Assembly: GCF_009914755.1 (NCBI RefSeq)
Contig: NC_060931.1
Origin: the human T2T-CHM13v2.0 reference genome, Homo sapiens
Length of the DNA stretch: 64,000 nucleotides
Reading direction: 5' to 3' (one strand)
The notes under the pieces: generated by a model
The model's input: the letters and a program-made list of their open reading frames with translations, nothing else
What the model was told of the DNA's origin: nothing
The model's database searches: none
Translations under genes and position numbers: made by a program
Shown here: positions 45,650 to 58,329 of the stretch, in pieces
How positions within the stretch are numbered: the stretch's first letter is position 1
Layout: every line of letters starts with the position of its first letter

Positions 45650-45823
45650 AGAATTTTAGAGCTTGAAGGGACTTCAAATATTATACAACCCAATCTCCTG
45701 TTTTCTCAGTTTGGGATCCTAAGAATAAGAAAACAGAGGTGACTTGCCAAAGACACACAGCTTGTTAATGATTCAGTTGGTATATGAATGTGGGTCTCTT
45801 GATTTTCACAGTCCAGTGCTTTT
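45650..45823 (-). mobile_element. MIR3/MIR fragment
   Basis: agaattttagagcttgaagggacttcaaatattatacaacccaatc...gtgacttgccaaagacacacagcttgttaatg. Confidence 0.65.
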
Positions 45824-46394
45824 AAAAATAAATAACAAGTTAAATTTTACTAGTTCACATTTAATTCAATGTGAATGGAGCAATTAAAATTAAAGACTGG
45901 AAAGGGGAGACTGGCAAACAGAGGGCTTGGAAATATGTTGTTGCAATTATTGTTAACCTGTGAGAGTTTCACTTATCTTCCTGTTTCTGGCAGGAGTCGG
46001 TATTTCTGAAATCTAATGTGGCCTCATGCAATTATTTGGCATGAAATGACCTAAAGAGTGCCAGAAATATCATGAGTGAGACTGTACAGCAAAGTTTCCA
46101 CCCCATTTTCAGTGCTAAGATTCAGTTTGCTTAAAGCTTCTGATGAGAGGTCCAGGCTTGGAAGTTCTAATGCACATGTGTTAGATGGTAATTGCATCAG
46201 AAGGGCAGGCAGGGTTACAATTTCACCATGCAGATGATTCTTTCTGCTATCTTGATGACTAAAATGTGTATTGAGGTATAAACTTGTCAAAGTGGTAAAA
46301 TATACACTATGAAATTCACAGTAACTAATACAAAGGCAAATAATGATTTTCATGATTAGATACGTTAGGAAACTAACTCGACTAATTCAGTAAA

Positions 46395-46800
46395 ACCTTA
46401 TATATACAATGAATATTTTTTATTGTTTCCTGTGTGCCAGGTACTCATCTAGGTAATCATGACACATGGATGAACAAACACTTATAAAGTCCTGTTCTAA
46501 TGCAGCTTCTGTTAGTGGAAACTTATATTCTAGTTCATCTTCTGCATTCTAGAAAAAGTGTCAAGAAAAGAATATGAAAAGGTGAGACAAAAGTGACCTT
46601 TTGCTTACAAATTCATTCTAAGAGGAAAGGCTGATATAAAGACTTAAAATTACAAAACAACAAGGCGTGATTACCAGCTGAAAGTGTATTGTGTCACACA
46701 TAGCACAGAAGAAAGAGTGAGTCACACTATTGGGTAAAAAACAGAAAGAGTTTTGCTAAGAAATAGGCTCTATTTTGGCTGCATTTTGAAAGCAGGGTTA
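46395..46800 (-). mobile_element. L2 3' region
   Basis: aatgaatatttttattgtttcctgtgtgccaggtactcatctaggtaatcatgacacatggatgaacaaac. Confidence 0.55.
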
Positions 46801-48434
46801 AAAGTTGCTAAAATAAAATTGAGTATGTTAGCAAATGTACAAAATCTAACAATTTTGGAGTGGAGATAAAGGGTTATTTTAACAACAAGCAAAATTTTGT
46901 CTTACAAAATTTTACATTCTTCTTGCTTCTTCCTTTTATCCCTCTTTGTATGAAAGCATTATAACCATTATAATGGAACCCTTTACAAGATGTATTGGAT
47001 AATTGGATGTAATGAATGCATATTAAGAATGTTGTGCATTTACTTAGTAAAATATAGTTCATTAAATATAATATTGAGATATAACAATTACTTCTTAAAA
47101 TTTGAGTCTTTTTTGTTGATTACTGCTCATGATTTCCACATTAACCTTAAGGCATAGAACGGAATTTACATACCATAACAGCAGTGGGCTCAGATGTAAT
47201 CAATTTTTACATTAGGTTATTAACATCTCTCTAATCGTCTACTATGCTATCTGCAATTTTTATCCAGCCAAGTTAAAAAATAGCCAAAAGGAACACAATA
47301 CTTAAAAATTGCTAAATGTAGAGGGGAGTCATGTCCTGGTCTACTTTTAAAAGGCATATTCAAATAATCGAAAATTTATTTGGAAATGCAAGTGGATAAG
47401 TTGTATCAATTTTGGCAGCTAAATATGACTTAAAAATAATTTTGGAACTTCACAAGCCCACCCAGTATTTTGATTTATTTTCAGTAGAGCGCTTAATTTT
47501 TCTAATGAAATATCCATGACACCTAATAAAGATAAAGGTATCCGGTGACTTTAGAAACTCCCACAACATTGGAGAAAAATCTGAATGAAAGAGAAAATAA
47601 AGAAAATGGGTTTTTAATATGAATTGTTGGTAAGTCTAGCTTAAAATTGTGCTGATCTGTAAGTTAAAAGTTGTTTTTGTGGTTCTCAGTTTACCTAAAA
47701 TGAATTTCAGAGAGTAATAGTAACTGTTTAACAGAATGTTTGAAAAGCAATAGCTCATCATATAAAGAGTAGAAATTGTAAAAAGTTGAGACACTTTGAA
47801 ATAATGTATCAAATCTGTGTGTGGTTAAACATTAGAGTAGAGAAAATGTACAAAGAAGTAACATTACAGGGAATATATGGACACAGATGAGTCCACAGAC
47901 TGTGCAAGCATGTCTCTCTCCATGAGTTATCATCATATGACCACTTATACACTAAGCTCAGGGGTAGACTGAGAGGAGTGTAGACTGAAGGGGAACTGAG
48001 TCAATCCCATTCGAAGACGCATGCTTTGCAGGCATTGATTTTATTCTAAGGAATTCTATATTGTTGTTTTCTTTTTTTAATATGAAGAAATCCTGAGTAA
48101 GGGTGAAGGAAAGATATCTGAGAAAAATGATTTTGTTTTGTTTTCCTCTTTGATTAGAATTACATGGGATATTTCAGTTTAGTATTTTCCCTTTGATACA
48201 AGAATTAGAGTGGCTATATTTGGTTATTTAAAATAACTTTTCCAAGAATTATTACCCTTTCTTTGAAATGAATTATTAGATCTCTCTAACTGGTCTCCTC
48301 TCCTCACTTATAAAGTTGGTTTCTCTGAGACTTAAATGAGATAATCTACTTTAAGCATAATTAAGTGTTCCCTAATAATTTTAATAAAATAAATGGGAAG
48401 CTGTGGATATCCCTCTGATTCTCTAAAGGGATTA

Positions 48435-48475
48435 TTTTGTTTTGTTTTGTTTTGTTTTGTTTTGTTTTGTTTTTG
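48435..48475 (+). repeat. (TTTTG)n microsatellite, ~8 units
   Basis: Read directly from the sequence. Confidence 0.95.
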
Positions 48476-50611
48476 AAACAGGTACAACCCAAAATATTTA
48501 AAACTTTAAAAAATATATAAATATTAGTTTCCTACTATGCATAATGCTAGGTTCTATATAAATTACAGAATTATAGCTTATAAACTTTAGCCCCAAATTG
48601 TAATCTCTTAATATACTGTAATCTAACTTTAGAGATGATAAACTAGGCTAAGATTTCCTGCTACATGATGCAGATTTTAGTTAGTAGCATGACTTCTTAC
48701 AAACTGAAAATTTATCCTGGTAATATTTTCTGGGTTTCTATTATATTCTATGGTTAGATAACTATGCCAATGAAACCCTTTTATATCCATAAACAAACCT
48801 CCTTGAATATAATCCTATAGAAACCAACTTTATCATCACTAAGCCAAAACACAATATGGTGAAGCTATAAGGCACATTTTACTCAGCATTCTAATAAGTA
48901 TGGAAAGCCAACTTCGAGGACAGAAGGTTCTTAGGAAGCTACACTCATTCTTTTGCATATTATTTTGAACATTCAAAGGAATGTTTACTAAATGTCACCC
49001 TAAATGTCTAAATGTCACTAAAACTTTCTCTACTTCTAAAAATTCATGATTCTATGATTCTGTAATTTAGCCTAGAAAAATACTCTTCAAAACATAACTT
49101 GGGCCATTCAGGAAATAATACCACAAAGCCAGTCATGTTTGTGCTTCTGTCTTTTGGACAGACCACTATTTATTTTTACAGCTTTCCCCCTGATGGACCT
49201 ATATGGGAGGGGGAGATAGCAAAATAGGATCCTCATTATTGTCAGTTCTTAGTTTTTGCAAACTTGGAATTCAATTGGTTGAAAATCATTGATTTAACCT
49301 GACTCTAGTAAGTTTGTGTTGGACTAAGGTTGGTAAGTAAAATAAAATATTGGACATAAAATTTCTATGACATTTCCAAACAATATAAACCCTTTTTCTT
49401 CTTTTATTTAAAGCACCCTCATGAACTGTGACTTGAGTTGGATTAATTTTTCTCTGTAAATTGGAAAGTGCAGTAAAAGGAAAAATTTTAAGTGTCTCTG
49501 ATTTCATATTTTTAAAGCTACAGTTAACTGATCAAAAAATGGAAAGTGAAACATATCAAAGTGTGTGACATCAGCTCCAACCTGTAATTAATTACATCTC
49601 CATAGCCTAAAAGTGTAACCAATTATCAAAGATCCTTGCATTTTTGAACCATTGGTGAGTGGTTCAAAACATGTATTGTATATACATATATTTATGTTTA
49701 TAAACATATATGTATGTTTATGTTACAAAATATGTATCTATTATAGATGTTGTGTATTATAATGCATACATAAATATATAATACATTCTTAGTATATATT
49801 TCAACATAAGCACCAGATTAAACTAAGGAGACTGTTAGCAAATAACACTACTTAACATGTTTTGAAATAATTTTCTTTGTAAACATTTTATTTTCAAAAA
49901 TATAAAACAATCGAATAATTGACACGTCATAACCCTGATATCCTTCTTAATCATGAAATAGGTTCAGTTATTTTAGAATTGAGAAGTTTATCAAGCAAAC
50001 TTAAGGAATAATCAATATAAATCTCTCCCAGATTTCATTTTATCTCAGGTAAAAAGTTGTAATGAAGTTATCAGCAGTCCCCAGAGAAGCTACAAAGTTT
50101 TTTTTACACATTTCAGAGTAATCAAGATTTGAATAAATTTTATTAAATGTGTAAATTGGAGTAATACTATAAGATCATAAAAATATAGCATTTTGTTGTA
50201 ATTAGGTATTTTGGAATTTTAGGAATACAGGCATTATAAAATTTACAGCTGTGCTGCTTTGGGAATAGTGATTTGTGCATTTTACTAAAGAAATGGTGTC
50301 TAAATCCTTTTGTGAAGGTAAATTATGATTTTTTAAGGGAAATCCTTAACTAAATGTCATGAAAATATGCCTGAAAAACATATTTTGTTGTTGTTGTTGT
50401 TGGTTTATTTGTTTTTACTTCAAAATAAAGTATCAAATCAAGTCACATTAGATTGAGACTAAAAATTGCTTCAAGAAACATCATCATACTACCTTTTGTG
50501 ACACAAAAGGGCTTAATCTTAATATCCAGAAGGAATATTTTCTTTTGGGGTGGAGAATGTGATGAAAAGTCAATACTAGCTGTACCTATACCCTGATTCT
50601 TTTATTATCTG

Positions 50612-50810
50612 AGGGACATAGAGAGTGGAAAAATAAACATTGGAGACTTGGAAAAGTGAGAGGGTAGGTGAGGGATGAGAAATTACCTAATGAGACAATG
50701 TACACTATTTTAGTGATGATTAATCTAGAAGCTGAATCTTTACCACTACGCAGTAAATGCGTGTATCAAAACTGCACTTCTATCCTCTAAATCTATAAAA
50801 GAAAAAATAC
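50612..50810 (+). mobile_element. L1PB4-like 3' end
   Basis: ggacatagagagtggaaaaataaacattggagacttggaaaagtg...gagggatgagaaattacctaatg...aaaactgcacttctatcctctaaatctataaaa. Confidence 0.75.
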
Positions 50811-50819
50811 ATATAACAC

Positions 50820-50848
50820 AATAATAATAATAATAATAATAATAATAA
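50820..50848 (+). repeat. (AAT)n microsatellite in the L1 tail
   Basis: About 9-10 AAT units. Confidence 0.95.
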
Positions 50849-52959
50849 GTAAAAAGGGGTAATGGTGGGGGGAAAATGCTTGGATCATTCTTGGTTTGTT
50901 TCTCCCAGTGATATGGCTACTGATGCAGAATATGCACTTTAGACTGAAAAATTTTATTCATTGTGCTTGAAATTCCAGGAAGAAAGATGGAATGTCATTC
51001 TTCATCTCCCCAGTTGTCAGTTGTAAATTTGAAAAGTTATATTGGGGTTTCCATTGAATTATGTATCAAAGTGGTTTTCCTGTTAAGTCTAGCGGGAATC
51101 TGCTGAAGAAAGGCCACAACAGAATCCTGGAAATCAATACGGAGCATTTTGTGTCAAAAGTACTTTCTGTCAACCTAGAGTACATTTTGCTCAAAGGAGA
51201 TGACTGGTTCAGGCATAGATAAACTATTATTAGAGAGACACATCCTCAGAGGCCTCATTGCATTTATTTGTTGCTTTTAATTTTGTTTTTAATCAACTAT
51301 ACCTATCCTTATTAACATGACCTTTGTACATGGCTTGGTAAATTGAAAATATCTGGAATTTAACAGTAACTTTCCCCACCTGATTAGGGTGATCAGGATC
51401 ATTTTCAGAATGCAAAATTTGAATATATATGTTTCTGATTTATTTACAGTTAATTCAAAAATAGTTACTGTTTCAGAGCAGTTTAGGGTCCAAGAATGCT
51501 ATGGACAAAAATGAAAGGTCATCTATCCTCTTTCCTTTAGGTTTAGAATTATTTTATTGTATCCACCCTCTCTCATTTAACCTCATCTAGTTTTAGTAGT
51601 CACAAGGTTTCTTTTACTTCCCCAGGGAGATAATGCTATAATCTAATCATTTTTTGTGGTTTCCCTAAAATTTAATGTTAATTACTTTGTGGTTTTTTTC
51701 TATACTCAACAAAATATACATATTTTATTTTTTATACTATTGTAAGTCATTTATTCTCTTCCAAAGGATACATAATATTATACTCTTGGATAAAAACAAA
51801 AAGCAGTTTTTGACATTTTCTTTGTAATGTTTCAAATAATTATTTTATTTGTCAATGTATGCTGTTGTGCTGAAGTGTGTGTAAGGCTTTAACAGGCTAA
51901 TATGGTTTTAAACAGAATCTATATAAAAGGTCAGGGGTAGAGGCTGGGGGTGACTAAATACAGTATTAAGGATGCAACTATTTATATGCTCTAGGTAAAA
52001 GAAACATTTATACTCAGTATCTTTACTTAACTTTAGTAAATGTTTCATTTTATCTACTCTGATCCATTCTTTCAAGTCCATTGAGTCAACCGATGTTAAT
52101 ATTATATTATAATCCTTCACTAATGTATTTCTGTAAAAAAAAAAAACTCTTTTGAATTTGGCCATCATATCATATGCATATTGTATGCATTCTTATAGCC
52201 CTTGTATTTGCATTATATCTCCAATTTTTTGCTTATAATCTCGGTAAAGACAAGCCTTTGACTTAGGCCTACAAATTTTTATTATTTTTTAGTGTTTACA
52301 AAAAGCATTCATATACATTTACATGCATATGTATAGAGCTATATTATCTCAAGTTTCTTTTCACAACAATTCTGTCCAATAATTGTTTAACAGATTTTTT
52401 TATTACTTAATAAATATGGAAACAGAGATTTAAAAGAGGTTAAAAAACTTGAAGAAGGAATCATATCTAGTAAGTAGTAAGACTAAAACTGACATCGAGG
52501 TTTTCTGATTTATCTCATAATGAGAATAATGATGATGATAACTAAAATTTATTAAATGTTCATCACGTAAGAGATACTGAGCTATACCTAACATAAACAA
52601 AATTTTTTTACTACTCTATTATAGTGCTCTTTCCTTTCTCCAATATCTAATATAATCCATTAACAATGTGGAAACCCAGTAAGTATTTTTTATTTAGAAA
52701 TTTTCCTTATTAGATCTGAATCATCTTTAAATTTCTAGATGTCGCTATAGCTTTCCTAGCAGAAAATAACTTCATTATAAGCTTTTCAGGCAGACTGAAT
52801 ATATAATCTTTGTAATTCCGGTCATTTGGTGGTACAAACTGTATGTAGCTGTGTCAAAAAAAGGTGGGCAACATATTACGAAATATCACTATGTATTAGT
52901 TCACATTTTAGCCACAAATGACAATTTGTCTATCTCCCAGTTTCCTTTTCAAGCTATTT

Positions 52960-53274
52960 TTTTTTCTTTTTCTTTTTCTTTTTTTTTTTTTTTGAGATGG
53001 AGTCTCGCTCTGTCGCCCAGGCTGGAATGCAGTGGCTTGATCTCGGCTCACTGTAAGCTCCACCTCCTGGGTTCATGCCATTCTCCTGCCTCAGCCTCCT
53101 GAGTAGCTGGAACTACAGGCACCCACCACCACGCCTGGCTAATTTTTTGTATTTTTAGTAGAAACGGGGTTTCACCGTGTTAGCCAGGATGGTCTCGATC
53201 TCCTGACCTTGTGATCCGCCCGCCTCGGCCTCCCAAAGTGCTGGGATTACAGGCGTGAGCCACTGCGCCTGGCC
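52960..53274 (-). mobile_element. AluY
   Basis: 'aagctccacctcctgggttcatgccattc' and 'accgtgttagccaggatggtctcgatctcc'; TSD tcaagctattt at 52949-52959 and 53275-53285. Confidence 0.95.
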
Positions 53275-54020
53275 TCAAGCTATTTCTACCTTATTATCAG
53301 CCCTGTTGAAACCTCATTGTTCGACGTGGCCCTTTGTGAAAACAATCATACCATGTATTTCCAAATAAGCCCAGGCCTAAATTACACTAATTATTCTTTG
53401 CATTTTTTGGCTAATTCCTCCTGTCTCAAATTCCCAGTAAGAGAACATCTTTTCACCTATAACTGTCCCTGACTCCATCCACCAAAGCCTCCCACCCCAC
53501 TGTCAGTTCATTTTCTGTGAGAGACTTCTTTCTTCAGCCTTTGTCTAGAATGTTCTTACTCTTTTTAACATTGAGCAATTTTCATTTTCCAGTTGGTATT
53601 TGAGTCTCCTAGAATCTTTCAGTCCATTTTTAATAGAATCATATATTTGATAAATAGGGGAAATTTATGTATCTTATGAATACAGAAAAAAAAGGACTAT
53701 AGGGATTAAACACATGTCCCAGTTGACAAATTTTGGAATCTCTTTTTCTTACTTGTTTTATAGTTCCGTCTTACCCCATCTGATTTTCCTTGGTATTTAT
53801 TTTTCCTTTCCTAGGCACAAGATGTATTCTTTAGCATTTCAACACCTTCTACCCTATTATAAAATCATCACTCACAAAATTTTACTTGAATCACATGTAT
53901 ATGTTTTTGTTTAATGTAAAGAGAAGGCGTGTATATAATTAGAGGATAAATTTGAGTAATATGATTTTAAAAATGATTTTCAACATTTGATATTAGAAAG
54001 TACTTTTTTACTTTATCAAT

Positions 54021-54052
54021 TTATATCATTTTGTATTATATCATTTTGTATT
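54021..54052 (+). repeat. Perfect 15-bp tandem duplication
   Basis: ttatatcattttgta x2. Confidence 0.9.
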
Positions 54053-54959
54053 CTACTTTAAGTAAATGGAATTCAATTTGTATTTTAGTTTTGAAATATG
54101 AGACATAACATAAAATATAAATCCTAATTTAGCATTATCTGAAATGTCATAAATATGAGATTGTTTCACTTTTCCATGTCATTAATACATTTTGGTATTA
54201 AGACCCCTGCTTTCACTAGCCTATTAATCATGTTTGAATGCAATTGTTCTTAGCTCTAAAAAAGGGCTTTTTATGTTGTTATCTATTTTTATTTCAATTA
54301 ATATTTATTTCCCTTGACAATGAATACAATGAATAACTAAGTCAAATAAAAATAATTTCTATAAAATAAACTAAAAGTAATATGTATTTACTTTGATCAA
54401 AATGTGTCTAAAGCTATCCTTTATTATCTGCAAACTCTAAGAAAAAATAAGGCTCTCTGCTCATAATTACACTATTTTCTGAGCTGTTAGTGTCAGATTT
54501 GCACATTTCTAAAAGTAACAGTGTTATGTTTTGTTGTAAGATTCTGCTCTGTTTCAAGTTACTGGTATGCATCTTTCTCTCCTAATTTTGTGTCCTCATT
54601 AAAACCCTCCCTTTCAGAAGATAATACTGTATCTTCTGGATTTGACATGAGATTGTCTAGTTTTAACCTATTATTTTGAATATGAGAAATTCAAGATGCA
54701 ACATAAACATTTACATATATATAAGATTTGCTTAAGGTCATACAATTTTCAGACATTGGATTAAGGACCATACTTCCATTTTGTTTCTGAAAACCCAAGA
54801 AGTCATACAGGATTTTTGTATTTGTTCTTATGCACCTTCCAGAATCATTCACTAATTTGCAGTGCCCAGAATGTGGACATAAGCAGTTTGAGATCTTGGT
54901 GAGATTTGGCCATTTATCTGTACCACCATTTTTTATTTTCCATTTTTTTAAGGTGGTGA

Positions 54960-55435
54960 TGTAGCAGGCAAAGTAATAGTCTCTAAAACATGTCTACATC
55001 TTAATCCTTGGAATCTGTGAATATATTGTGTTATATGGCAAAGGGGAATTAAGATTTCAGGAAGTAAGATTGCTAATCATTTGACCGCTGAATAGAAAGT
55101 CACAAGTGTAATTATATGTGGAAGCAGGAGGCAGGAAAGTTAGTGTCAGAGTGATGAGATGTGAGAAGAACATGGCCTCCCATTGCTAACTTTGAAGATG
55201 ATGAAAGGAGGCTACAATCCAAGAGATGTTGGCAGCCTCTAGAAGCTGAAAATGGCAAGGAAACATCTTAACTTAAAATGCCTCCAGAAGGGAACACGGA
55301 CCTGATGACACTGACTTTTAGTTCAGTAAGACCTGTTTCAAACTTCTGACCTCTAGAACTGTAAGATAAGTTTGTGTTGTTTTAAGCTACTGTGTTTGTG
55401 GCAATTTGTTACAACAGCAATAGAAAACTAATATG
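54960..55435 (+). mobile_element. MLT1D-like solo MaLR LTR
   Basis: tgtagcaggcaaagtaat...ttaatccttggaatctgtgaatat...tttgtggcaatttgttacaacagcaatagaaaactaata; 5-bp TSD ggtga/ggtgg. Confidence 0.85.
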
Positions 55436-55599
55436 GGTGGTAATCCTTCTTAATGTATGTTAAAATGTGAAAATCTCATTCATTGGAAATGATCCATTAG
55501 TGAAGTATTCAGAGAAGACTCTTTTCCACTGGTTCCCTTAGTAGTTTTCCCAAAGTCTACCTCTTTTTTGATGGAGGCACAGTGAATAGGTTTTAACTG

Positions 55600-56014
55600 T
55601 AGTTGACCCTTGAACAACATGGGCCTGAACTATGTGGTGGATTTTCCTCTGCCTCTGCCGCTTCTGAAACAGCAAAGTTAACCATTCTTTTTCTGCTCCT
55701 TCTCAGGCTATTCAACATGAAGACCAAGAGGATGATCTTTATGATGATCCATTTCTTCTTAATAAATAAAAAATATATTTTCTCTTCCCTGTGATTTTCT
55801 TAATGATATTTTTTCTATTTTACTTTATTGTAAGAATACGGTATAAAACACACATAACATATACAATATATGTCAATTGGCTGTTATTGGTAAGGCTTCC
55901 AGTCAACAGTAAGCTGTTAGTAAACAAGTTTCTTGAAAATCAAAAGGTATAGACAAATTTTCAACTGCACTAGAGGTCAGTATCCCTAACACTGCATTCT
56001 TCAAGGGTCAACTG
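55600..56014 (+). mobile_element. Tigger2a-like Tc1/mariner MITE
   Basis: TIRs (t)agttgacccttgaa...ttcaagggtcaactg, right-hand TA target at 56015-56016; 415 bp. Confidence 0.85.
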
Positions 56015-56823
56015 TATTTGCATTGTAAAAAATAACAATAAAAAAAAAAGAGGTCCAAAACATGGGTGTGTGCTCTGGCATTCGGCCCAGGCAGTGTGAT
56101 TTCAGCCAGCTGGGATTGCAGTTTTTGTAGACAACAGATAATTGTGACGCTGGGACTAGAGAATCATTCAGGCAGCAGGAGTTTTCAAATAAAGACAAAG
56201 TGGGCTTTAATTTCTTTATGGTATACTATCATATGATTCCTCTGGCTTCAGATCCTGCACCTATGAATTAAATATGATATCTTACAGTTGTACAATCAAA
56301 CTAAATAATACATATACAATGCCTTGTGCAAAAGCTCATGTGTAATAAACATTTAAAAACAAATATTTTGTGATACTTTGGGTCCTGGACCAAAGAATTT
56401 AGTTTATTCTTACCTGGGTGCATATGCCCTCTAGGAAAGAAAACAAACAAAGAAAAAAGGCGTTGTAAAATCAGTTTTTTTCCCTAAGGTTTGTGACTAC
56501 CAAAACAATGGAAAAGAAAACATGCGTTAGCCTTCTTTTACCATTCCCCCAATTTTTTTCTCTATTAATATATTAACAAAAACAATGTAAAGATGTTTAA
56601 TATTGTCTTTATTTCTATTCTTTAGTCAAAATAAGGATGAAATTGTAGAAATGCTTTCTTTTTGGAAAGACACACCAAATTCATCCTGGTGTAGAGAATG
56701 ATTAGGAGTACAAGTAAGTATTTCAAGATGGTATTGCTTCAAGTTCTAATTTTTGGAAGCCAGTATTTTGATGTCAGTAATGATCATGATTTAATCAGGA
56801 AGAATTTTCTTATTGCTGTTTAC

Positions 56824-57900
56824 TGTTGCAGGAAGTCAGGGACCCCAAATGGAGGGACCGGCTGAAGCCATGGCAGAAGAATGTGGATTGTGAAGATTTC
56901 ATGGACATTTATTAGTTCCCCAAATTAATACTTTTATAATTTCTTATGCCTGTCTTTACTGCAATCTCTAAACATAAATTGTGAAGATTTCATGGACACT
57001 TATAACTTCCTCAATCAATACCCTTGTGATTTCCTATGCCTGTCTTTACTTTAATCTCTTAATCCTGTCATCTCGTAAGCCGAGGAGGATGTATGCCCCT
57101 CAGGACCCTGTGATAATTGCATTAACTGCACAAATTGTAGAGCATGTGTGTTTGAACAATATGAAATCTGGGCACCTTGAAAAAAGAACAAGATAACAGC
57201 AATGTTTAGGAAACAAGAGAGATAACCTTAAACTGTGACTGCCAGTGAGCCGGGCAGAACAGAGCCATATTTCTCTTCTTTCAAAAGCAAATGGGAGAAA
57301 TATCACTGAATTCTTTTTCTCAACAAGGAACATCCCTGGGAAAGAGAATATGTGCCTGGGGGTAGGTCTATAGATGGCCCCCCTGGGTGTGGTCATTTTC
57401 TATGGTCTGTAGACTGTAGGGGTGAAATAGACCCCAGTCTCCCATAGCACTCCCAGGCTTATTAGGAAGAGGAAATTCCCATCTAATAAATTTTGGTCAG
57501 ACCAGTTGCTCTCAAAACCCTGTCTCCTGATAAGATGTTATCAATGACAGTGGTGCCCGAAACTTCATTAGCAATTTTAATTTCGCCCCGGTCCTGTGGT
57601 CCTGTGATCTCACCCTGCCTCCATTTGCCTTGTGATATTCTATTATCTTGTGAAGTACTTGATGTCTGTGACCCACACCTATTTGCACACTCCCTCCCCT
57701 TTTGAAAATCCCTAATAAAAACTTGCTGGTTTTTGCGGCTTGTGGGGCATCACGGAACCTACCGACATGTGATGTCTCCTCCGGACGCCCAGCTCTAAAA
57801 TTTATCTCTTTTGTACTCTGTCCCTTTATTTCTCAAACCGGCCGATGCTTAGGGAAAATAGAAAAGAACCTACGTGACTATTGGGGCAGGTTCCCTGATA
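56824..57900 (+). mobile_element. Solo MER11 LTR (MER11C-like; HML-8/HERVK11), 1077 bp
   Basis: Starts tgttgcaggaagtcagggacccc, ends ggggcaggttccctgata; perfect 6-bp TSD GTTTAC at 56818-56823 and 57901-57906; internal 91-bp tandem unit (ttgtgaagatttcatggaca at 56888 and 56979); AATAAA at ~57714. Confidence 0.95.
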
Positions 57901-58245
57901 GTTTACTTCAATAAAGTTCTAGCTGGAAGGATCCTCAGCTAGTGTCAATGGATCATCCAAATTCTACAATAAGCAGAGTGTAACAAATAACTGAAATTTG
58001 GCTCATCAGAGGACACATATATCTTAGCATAGTTTCCATTTTCAAAAACTGGATTGGTTTTGTAGACATTCAGATTGTTAGCTTTCTCTCTTCTATTCAA
58101 TCCCTATGTTTTACAATGAAACATCAACATGCTGACTCCTCAAACAACCCTCGTACATATTATAGACATTCTGCAGCACAAACAATACTCATATTCCCTC
58201 GAAGTTACTGGCATGGCTCCTGATAATTAAAAAGGGCTCACTCCT

Positions 58246-58329
58246 GCCAAGATTGTGCCACTGCACTCCAGCCTGGGCGACAGAGTGAGACTCTTTCTCA
58301 AAAAAAAAAAAAAAAAAAAGAAAAAAAAG
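58246..58329 (+). mobile_element. Severely 5'-truncated Alu (~45 nt of 3' end plus ~40 nt A-tail)
   Basis: gccaagattgtgccactgcactccagcctgggcgacagagtgagactctttctc plus A-tail; TSD aaaa(g/a)ggctcactcc at 58230-58244 and 58330-58344. Confidence 0.9.

Noticed and set aside
56626-56712. 87-nt AG...GTAAGT segment as a coding exon
   Set aside because: The longest frame stops before the donor; no recognisable protein.
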